A stretch of 38,447 nt of DNA from the IMG/VR virus record IMGVR_UViG_3300046707_000048, positions 1 to 38,447 of that record, one strand, 5' to 3'. The DNA is from a virus. Lineage: Duplodnaviria > Caudoviricetes. Shown piece after piece: positions 32,385 to 38,447 of the stretch. The translations under genes were made by a program, and so were the position numbers. The notes below the pieces were generated by a model. The model was given only the letters and a program-made list of their open reading frames with translations. It was not told where the DNA came from and ran no database searches. Every line of letters begins with the position of its first letter. Positions within the stretch are counted from its first letter, which is position 1.

Positions 32385-34897
32385 ACCCCGCCGCGCAGGC
32401 CGACGAAGAGGCGCTGCAAGACCTCGTCGCGTCCTGCTACGCCGACCCGCTCGCCTTCGTCCTCCAGTGCTTTCCGTGGGGCGACCCGCACACGCCGCTC
32501 GCCACCGAGCCCGGCCCCGACGCCGTGCAGCGCGAATTTCTCGAAGCGCTCGGCGCCGAGATCCGATCGCGCGGGTTCAATGGCGCCGACGCGGTGCTGC
32601 CAATCCGCATGGCGGCGAGCAGCGGTCACGGGACTGGCAAGGCCCAGCCGGTGTCGCTCGAGCTCCATACGCCGCGGGGGTTGCGGCGCTGGGGCGCGCT
32701 CCAGGTCGGTGACGAGGTGTTTGGCGGCGACGGGCGGCCGACGCGGATCGTGGCGGTCCATGACCGCGGCGAGCGCGACGTCTATCGCGTGGCGTTCGAT
32801 GACGGTGCCTCGACGCGGTGCTGTGCGGATCATCTGTGGCGGGTGCGCGGGCGGAACGAGCGGCGCCGCGGCCTCCCGTGGCGGGACGTCACGACGGCCG
32901 GCCTCGTTGACGCGGGGCTGACGCGGCCGAATGGGGTCGGACGGGCGCGGCAGTGGGAAATCCCGCGCCAAGGCGTGTGCGAGTTTCCGCGGCAGACGTG
33001 GACGGTCGCGCCGTATGTGCTCGGCGTCTGGTTGGGGAATGGGTGCCGCAAGACCAGCCGGATCACGACGGCCGATGACGACGTGGTGCGGCGGATCGCT
33101 GCGTACGGCGAGTCGATCCATCAGGTGCGGGGCAACTACGCGTGGGGGATCGATGGGCTGCGGGTGCGGCTCCGGGCGCTCGGGGTGCTCGACTGCTACA
33201 GCTACCAGAAGGCGGTACCGCCGGCGTATCTCGAGGCGCCGAGCGAGGATCGCGCCGAGCTCTTGCGCGGACTGCTTGATACGGACGGCGAGTGCTCGCC
33301 GGAGGGCTGTGTCGGGTTCAGTTCCACCAGTCGGGCGCTGGCCGATGACGTCGTGTGGTTGGCGCGCTCGCTGGGCGGCAAGGCGCAGATCCAGCCAACC
33401 GTCAAGCATCCGAAGTTCCCTGACGCGCAGGGGCAGCCGAAAGACGGGCGTCCGTGTTGGCGGGCCACGGTGCAGATGCCGGCGGGGTTCCGGTGCTTTC
33501 ACACGGCGCGGAAGCAGGCGCGGGTGCTGGCGTCGGTCGAGGATCGGTATCTGTCGCGGTGGATCGACACGATCACGCCGGACGGGCGCGAGGACTGCCG
33601 CTGTCTCACGGTGGCCGATCCGCTCGGGCTCTACCTGACGAACGATTTCATCGTCACGCATAACTCGAGCCTTGGCGGGATGCTCGCGGCGTTCCTCCTC
33701 TCGACGCGGCCCGATTCGATCGGCACGGTGACGGCGGGCACGAACACACAGCTCACCGAACGCACCTGGGCGGCGATCCGCGCGTGGCTCGCGATGTGCC
33801 TCACGAAACACTGGTTCCACGCGCAGGCGACCGGCATCTACTCGGTGTGGCGGCCGGCGACGTGGAAGCTCATTCCGCAAACCTGCAAACCGGAGAACGC
33901 GCAAAGCTTTGCCGGCCAGCACGCGAAGACCTCGACGAGCTGGTATCTCTTCGACGAGGCGAGCGAGGTGGACGACCGCATCTGGCAGACGGCCGACCCT
34001 GGGGGGTTGACCGATGGCGAACCGATGTTTTTCGCCTGGGGGCAGTTGGTGCGGAACACCGGCATGTTCTACCGCATCTGCCAGGGCGACGCGGCGGCGC
34101 GCTGGAACCATCGGCGGATCGACAGCCGGACGTCGCGCTTCACGAACAAGGCGCTGCTCGCGCAGATTGCCGAGGACTACGGCGAGGAGAGCGATACGTG
34201 GCGGGTGCGCGTGCTCGGGCTGCCGCCGCGCGCCTCGGAGCTGCAATACATCGATACACTGCGGGTGCAGGCGGCGCGGCGGCGGTCGTTCAAGGCGAGC
34301 GACGACGAGCCGCTCGTCGCGGGGTTCGACGTCAGCGGCGGCGGCAAGGCGTGGAACGTGATTCGGTTCCGGCGCGGGCTGGACGGCAACGCGAAGCCGC
34401 CGATTCGGATTCCGGGCGAGCACGACGCCGACCGCTCGCAGCGGATCGGGCTCTGCGCGGAGCTGCTCGCCGACCGCCGGCCGGGGCACCAGCTCGCGGC
34501 CATGTTTGTCGATAGCGCCTTCGGGTCGCCGATCGTCGTGCGGCTGCAGGCGCTCGGGTTCGACAACGTCTACGAGGCGAACTTCGGCGGCGCGAGTCCC
34601 GACAGTCACCAGGCGAACCTGCGAGCGTTCATGTATGCGAAGGCGAAAGAGTGGCTGCTGCTCGGGACGCTGCCGGACGACGATGCGCTGTGCGAGCAGT
34701 TGTGTCTGCCGGGGTATCACTTCGACCGGCGGAACCGGCTACTGATCGAGAGCAAGGCGGCGCTGGCGGCGCGGGGGGAGAAGAGTCCGGACGATGCCGA
34801 TGCGTTTGTCTTGACGTGGGCGCAGGCGGTGGCGGCGCCACGGCCGGCGTATGAGAGCAAGCGCGCGGCGCGGCCGGTGGCGAGTACGTGGGGGTAG
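32381..34897 (+). CDS. terL: Terminase large subunit (intein-containing precursor; ~497 aa mature)
   Basis: Walker A SGHGTGK|S split by intein; Walker B YLFDEAS; nuclease AGFDVSGGG; SPDDADA. Confidence 0.95.
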   Translation: MNPAAQADEEALQDLVASCYADPLAFVLQCFPWGDPHTPLATEPGPDAVQREFLEALGAEIRSRGFNGADAVLPIRMAASSGHGTGKAQPVSLELHTPRGLRRWGALQVGDEVFGGDGRPTRIVAVHDRGERDVYRVAFDDGASTRCCADHLWRVRGRNERRRGLPWRDVTTAGLVDAGLTRPNGVGRARQWEIPRQGVCEFPRQTWTVAPYVLGVWLGNGCRKTSRITTADDDVVRRIAAYGESIHQVRGNYAWGIDGLRVRLRALGVLDCYSYQKAVPPAYLEAPSEDRAELLRGLLDTDGECSPEGCVGFSSTSRALADDVVWLARSLGGKAQIQPTVKHPKFPDAQGQPKDGRPCWRATVQMPAGFRCFHTARKQARVLASVEDRYLSRWIDTITPDGREDCRCLTVADPLGLYLTNDFIVTHNSSLGGMLAAFLLSTRPDSIGTVTAGTNTQLTERTWAAIRAWLAMCLTKHWFHAQATGIYSVWRPATWKLIPQTCKPENAQSFAGQHAKTSTSWYLFDEASEVDDRIWQTADPGGLTDGEPMFFAWGQLVRNTGMFYRICQGDAAARWNHRRIDSRTSRFTNKALLAQIAEDYGEESDTWRVRVLGLPPRASELQYIDTLRVQAARRRSFKASDDEPLVAGFDVSGGGKAWNVIRFRRGLDGNAKPPIRIPGEHDADRSQRIGLCAELLADRRPGHQLAAMFVDSAFGSPIVVRLQALGFDNVYEANFGGASPDSHQANLRAFMYAKAKEWLLLGTLPDDDALCEQLCLPGYHFDRRNRLLIESKAALAARGEKSPDDADAFVLTWAQAVAAPRPAYESKRAARPVASTWG
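32642..33664 (+). mobile_element. 341-aa intein with LAGLIDADG endonuclease domain, Ala1, class-3 (W-C-T) signature
   Basis: Starts AQPVS..TPRG; block B CCADHLW; block C YVLGVWLGNG; block E LLRGLLDTDG; block F DCRCLTV; ends VTHN followed by Ser+1. Confidence 0.92.
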
Positions 34898-34905
34898 CGA
34901 CGGCG

Positions 34906-35007
34906 ATGAAGGATCGGACGCTGGACCGCTGGCCGGTGGTGGCGCTGGCGCTGGTCGTGCTGACGCTGCTGGTGGCGTGCGCCGTCTGGGTCTGGGTGTT
35001 GTGGTGA
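34906..35007 (+). CDS. 33-aa single-TM peptide
   Basis: MKDRTLDRWPVVALALVVLTLLVACAVWVWVLW (hand translation). Confidence 0.45.
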   Translation: MKDRTLDRWPVVALALVVLTLLVACAVWVWVLW

Positions 35008-35018
35008 CGGGATGCCTG

Positions 35019-35324
35019 TTACGATGTGCGCCGGAGCCGCGTCGGCCGCAGGCGCTGCTCGCTCCGCATGACATGCAACACGACGACCCGCGCGCCGTCC
35101 ACGCGGTAGAAGACGCGGCACGGTGGTTCGATAATCTGCCGATAGCGGCGGCCATCGAGCTCGGCCGGCCACGAGCCGCTCTCAGGAAACTGTTGCAACT
35201 GCTCGACGTGCGCGACGACGCGCTGCACGAGGGCGGACGCCGCGGCGGGATTGTCGAGCGCGATGTAGTCGGCGATAGTCTCAAGGTCAGCGTCCGCAGC
35301 GCGGGTCCAGACTACTTCTGCCAA
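35019..35324 (-). CDS. ParE/RelE-family toxin
   Basis: VVWTRAADADLETIADYIALDNPAAA...FPESG...YRQII..RVFYR. Confidence 0.9.
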   Translation of the reverse strand: MAEVVWTRAADADLETIADYIALDNPAAASALVQRVVAHVEQLQQFPESGSWPAELDGRRYRQIIEPPCRVFYRVDGARVVVLHVMRSEQRLRPTRLRRTS

Positions 35325-35581
35325 CGAGCGATCCGTTTCTGCATCCGTTTCTTCACCGCCGCATGGGAGAGGACGCGGCCCTCCGCGTAGTCGCGCTCCC
35401 CGCGGGCGATGCCTTCGAGGATGGTCAGCCGCCGCTGCAGCGTGTCATAGCTCTCCACGTCCACCAGATAGGCGCTCGGGAGGCCGTGGTGGGTGATGAG
35501 CACGGGTTCGCGGTCGGCCGCGAGTTGGTCGAGGACGGCGGTGGCGCGGCGTTTCAGGGTGGTGACAAGTTCAGTCCGCAT
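35312..35581 (-). CDS. Phd/YefM-family antitoxin
   Basis: LVTTLKRRATAVL...EPVLITHHGLPSAYLVDVESY. Confidence 0.9.
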   Translation of the reverse strand: MRTELVTTLKRRATAVLDQLAADREPVLITHHGLPSAYLVDVESYDTLQRRLTILEGIARGERDYAEGRVLSHAAVKKRMQKRIARWQK

Positions 35582-35599
35582 GTGATACTAGAGTAGCAC
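35582..35599. promoter_or_regulatory. TA operator palindrome GTGaTACT-AG-AGTAgCAC overlapping a putative extended -10 (TGcTACTCT, minus strand)
   Basis: Fills the whole 18-bp gap between two divergent ATGs. Confidence 0.7.
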
Positions 35600-35932
35600 A
35601 TGGCGATGGCAGATAAATTCATCTTGGACGCGGCGGGGGAGCCGGTCCCCTGCGATGACCTGCTGGCGTGGGCGCAGTGGTTCGAGAGCGGCGGCCGGGC
35701 GTCACGCACACTCGCGTCGGACGACATCCACGGGAGTCACGTTTCAACGGTCTTCCTCGCGCTCGATCACAGTTTCGGGCGCGGCCTGCCGGTGCTCTGG
35801 GAGACGTTCGTCTTTGGCGGGCCGCTCGACGGCGAGATGGAACGCTATACCTCGAAAGCGGACGCCCTCGCCGGGCACCAGGCGATGTGCGAGCGCGTGG
35901 GTGCTGCGGTGACGGGCTCTTCCCCCGAATAA
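35600..35932 (+). CDS. Conserved phage hypothetical protein
   Basis: VSTVFLALDH...WETFVFGG..RY...A..GH pattern. Confidence 0.75.
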   Translation: MAMADKFILDAAGEPVPCDDLLAWAQWFESGGRASRTLASDDIHGSHVSTVFLALDHSFGRGLPVLWETFVFGGPLDGEMERYTSKADALAGHQAMCERVGAAVTGSSPE

Positions 35933-35967
35933 TTGTTGCGCCCGGCGGCGCGGCTAGGGACACTGGC
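35928..35967 (+). promoter_or_regulatory. Putative late promoter AATAATTG-TTGCGC-N17-GACACT-GGC
   Basis: Same motif and spacing as 3564-3603. Confidence 0.6.
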
Positions 35968-35974
35968 CGCACCC

Positions 35975-36238
35975 ATGCCGCTCCATGCCGGCGCCTCCCT
36001 CGATGCCGACACCTACTTGATTTCGACGCGGACGCGCGTCGTCTGGACGACCGACGAAAAACGGCGGTTGGACCGCTGCGCGAAAGACTTCAACCAGCAC
36101 GGCGACAAGCTGCAGCTCAAGTGCGGCCAGATGACGTGCCCCGATCCGATCATTCACCTGGCGGCGGACTGGCGGGCGCCGGGCGGGGCCGTGCTGCGCT
36201 GCGGCTGCACCGACCGCGTGTTTTCGCCGACGGTGTAG
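35975..36238 (+). CDS. Hypothetical Cys-containing protein
   Basis: ATG 35975; CxxxxC...CGC. Confidence 0.65.
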   Translation: MPLHAGASLDADTYLISTRTRVVWTTDEKRRLDRCAKDFNQHGDKLQLKCGQMTCPDPIIHLAADWRAPGGAVLRCGCTDRVFSPTV

Positions 36239-36240
36239 CG

Positions 36241-36717
36241 ATGGGCGAGACGCTGATCCACATCTCGCCGAGTCCGACCGCAGACACGCGCACGTGCGAC
36301 TTCGCGGCCGTCACGAAAAACACGCTCTACACCAGTTCGATCCAGCACATCAACGATGTGCGCTCGGCCTTGCGTTTCTTTGGCGAGCAGTTGGACGTGG
36401 CGGCGTTCAACCACGACCCCGACAAACTCACGGACATCGACGGCTTTCACGCCGATTTCGTGAACGGGTTTGCCGCCGGACATACCAGTTGGTGGGATCG
36501 CCACCGCAAGCTGAATCGCCATCATCTGGAGCAGCCCGATGGGTGTCCGGTCGATGTGAACCTGATCGACGTGCTCGACTACATCGCGGATTGCGTCATG
36601 GCAGGCATGGCGCGCAGCGGCAGCGTCTATCCGTTGAAGCTCGGGCCGGAGCTGCTCGAGCGGGCGTTTCAGAACACGGTGGAACTGCTCAAGCACCGCG
36701 TCGTGGTGGACGGCTGA
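36241..36717 (+). CDS. HD-superfamily phosphohydrolase-like protein (DUF5662-like)
   Basis: H(IND)...HDPDK...H...NRHH...D..D..AD metal-ligand pattern. Confidence 0.68.
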   Translation: MGETLIHISPSPTADTRTCDFAAVTKNTLYTSSIQHINDVRSALRFFGEQLDVAAFNHDPDKLTDIDGFHADFVNGFAAGHTSWWDRHRKLNRHHLEQPDGCPVDVNLIDVLDYIADCVMAGMARSGSVYPLKLGPELLERAFQNTVELLKHRVVVDG

Positions 36718-36893
36718 TGCCCGCGAAGTCGGCGAGCCAGCGGCGGTTGATGGAGGCGGCCGCGCACGGCGCGACGTTCAAGAAAGCGCGCGAGATTCGC
36801 CAGTCGATGACGCCGGCGCAGATCCAGGACTTCACGCGCGGGCCATCGGTGGGCGAGGCGCTCGGCCCGGCCAAGCGCAAGAAGGCGCGCTGA
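36717..36893 (+). CDS. Small basic protein (MPAKS..Q.RLM.AAAH type, DUF3008-like)
   Basis: MPAKSASQRRLMEAAAHG; TGATG coupling on both sides. Confidence 0.7.
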   Translation: MPAKSASQRRLMEAAAHGATFKKAREIRQSMTPAQIQDFTRGPSVGEALGPAKRKKAR

Positions 36894-38434
36894 TGCCCGA
36901 GCCGCAGACGCTGCAGGAATATCTCGCGGCGTGGCTCGAGCAGACGCAGGGCGTGCCGCCGGAGGTGCGGTTCGCGAGCACGAACGAGTTCGACGCGCAG
37001 GGCCGTCCGGTGGTGCATGAGGACTATGGGCCGTCGGTGGCGGACGCGGTGACGGCGTCGCCGTGGACGAAGGCACAGACGATCGGGGCGCCGCAGTTGG
37101 GCGAGCATTACACGCGGCCGACCTACGGCCAGATCGTGGCGAGTGACCGGCCGATCCGGCTCGCGCTGGAGGCCGTCGGGTCGTATCTGCTGGGCGACGC
37201 GCGGCCGCCGTCCCTCACGGTAGCGGACCCCTATGGGATTGATACGGCGCTGGCCGGCAAGGGCCACATGCCGGCGTTTCTCGGCTCAACGGCGGAGTTA
37301 CCGCAAGCCCAATCGATCATTCAGTCCGCCACGCCCGAGGCGCTCGGCCGGCTCGCCGAGCAGTTCCCGGCCTTTGCCACCGACCTGGCGCACTATCGCA
37401 CGGGCCAGGCGCTGCCGCCGGCGCTGGGCCATCTCTCGGACGCCCTGGTGCAGACCGAGCGGCCCGGTGTCTATGCGCTGAAGCCCGAAGTGCAGGCGCG
37501 GATCGCGCATTTTCTTGAGCTCGGGAAATCGACCGCGCCGCAAGCGAACTGGCAAGGCGCCACGAGCGCGGAGATTCTCAAGGCGTTCGACAACGATCCG
37601 GAACTGGCCGACATCTGGGCGCGCATGGTCGGGGCGACCTCCGCGGGCACCGGCGTGCCGCGGAACACGCAGGAAGCCGTGCAGGGGATGCGGCACTACC
37701 TGATGACCGACGGGAAAGCCTTCACGGAACGCAGCTTGGAAACGATGCCGGGCGGGAGTTTCGGGCTGCCGGGATCGAAGTACAGCAACATGAACCTGGC
37801 GCAGCTACAGGAGGCGCTGAGCGGCGACAAGGTCGAGGCGTTCGCGCAACTGATGCGCGACTACGACCGCATTCCGCTCGACCGGCACGCGGTCTATGCG
37901 CTGGGCGGCATCCTGCCAGGGGAAGGCGAGGCGGAACTGGCGCGGCATCTGAAGCCGTTGCGCGAGTACTTCGGGATCCTCGAGGGACGACCGCCGAAGT
38001 ACAAGACCAACGGCGCCATGTACGACACGGTCAACAAGACCGAAGCGTATGAGCGCGTCGAGCAAGCCTTCGCGGACACCTTGCGGGCGCTCGAGCCCGA
38101 TCAGCCGCTGAAGGACGTGTTCGCGCAGATGTGGGAGGGCGTGCGCGAGCAACGCGGCGGCAAGTTCCAGGGCGGGCCGATCGATCTAATGGGGCCGCGG
38201 GGACTGTTGGAGCGGGGCGCGATGGCCGACCCGAAGCAGATGCTCAGGGCGTTACGGATGACGCCGGGGAAAGAGTGGACGCCGGCGATGTGGGCGGCGT
38301 TCGCCGCGCTCGGCGGCGCTGACGCGCTCTCCGCAGACGCGCCGCCCGCTGGCGCTGCGCCTCCGTCTCCGGATTACAGTGGGCGTAGTGATCCAACTGG
38401 GCTGCTCGCGCGGCCGTATAGGACTCCGCGCTGA
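36893..38434 (+). CDS. Large protein with ejection-protein-like N-terminus and HhH-glycosylase-like C-terminal domain
   Basis: W..A..EI, GATSAGTGV..N, LSGDKVEAF, IPLDRHAV, YERVE..., AQMW; N-term shares FAxxNEFDxQGxPVV with 14444-16933. Confidence 0.6.
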   Translation: MPEPQTLQEYLAAWLEQTQGVPPEVRFASTNEFDAQGRPVVHEDYGPSVADAVTASPWTKAQTIGAPQLGEHYTRPTYGQIVASDRPIRLALEAVGSYLLGDARPPSLTVADPYGIDTALAGKGHMPAFLGSTAELPQAQSIIQSATPEALGRLAEQFPAFATDLAHYRTGQALPPALGHLSDALVQTERPGVYALKPEVQARIAHFLELGKSTAPQANWQGATSAEILKAFDNDPELADIWARMVGATSAGTGVPRNTQEAVQGMRHYLMTDGKAFTERSLETMPGGSFGLPGSKYSNMNLAQLQEALSGDKVEAFAQLMRDYDRIPLDRHAVYALGGILPGEGEAELARHLKPLREYFGILEGRPPKYKTNGAMYDTVNKTEAYERVEQAFADTLRALEPDQPLKDVFAQMWEGVREQRGGKFQGGPIDLMGPRGLLERGAMADPKQMLRALRMTPGKEWTPAMWAAFAALGGADALSADAPPAGAAPPSPDYSGRSDPTGLLARPYRTPR

Positions 38435-38447
38435 TGGACAGCCCGCA
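38291..38447 (+). repeat. Terminal direct repeat, right copy
   Basis: Matches 1-157 with one 3-bp block mismatch. Confidence 0.97.

Larger units (their letters stand above)
1..38447. mobile_element. Complete (circularisable) temperate phage genome, P22-like podovirus morphogenesis, ~38,290 bp unique
   Basis: Terminal direct repeat; terS, terL, portal, scaffold, coat, adaptor/nozzle, ejection proteins, integrase, attP, repressor and replication genes all present; no host genes seen. Confidence 0.95.

Noticed and set aside
1-38447. Specific host assignment (e.g. a high-GC soil Acidobacteriota)
   Set aside because: High GC, IHF site and tRNA-Arg(UCG) are only suggestive; needs a match of the att core or CRISPR spacers to a genome

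Overview
The window is an apparently complete ~38.3 kb high-GC temperate phage genome with a P22-like podovirus morphogenesis module. It is bounded by a 157-bp terminal direct repeat carrying one 3-bp mismatch. Gene order on the circle: portal, hicAB, scaffold, P22-type coat, Ig-domain protein, adaptor/nozzle, GNAT, four ejection proteins, a short tail-fibre-like protein, and a lysis-position GH-like protein with a holin-like protein. Then come attP (5' half of tRNA-Arg(UCG), arm repeats, IHF site), a tyrosine integrase, a repressor region with two HTH domains in different frames, and divergent promoters. The early/replication block holds Xis-like, ERF, YqaJ, HNH, NinB-like, DUF1376 (with iterons) and DUF1064 genes. 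It is followed by terS, terL with an Ala1 class-3-type LAGLIDADG intein, a phd-parE pair, an HD-domain protein and a large HhH-glycosylase-like protein. Best leads: (i) a shared operator-like motif abutting several promoters, mostly of small antisense and often leaderless transcripts, together with two proteins carrying the same basic 'R-x-N-x3-GGRP' module, one of which replaces the normal DNA-binding domain of HicB; (ii) an attP that carries the 5' half of the tRNA plus a replacement promoter; (iii) the out-of-frame double-HTH repressor; (iv) a glycosylase-like protein sharing its N-terminus with an ejection protein; (v) a non-canonical lysis module. All family calls come from motif recognition by eye; no searches were run.
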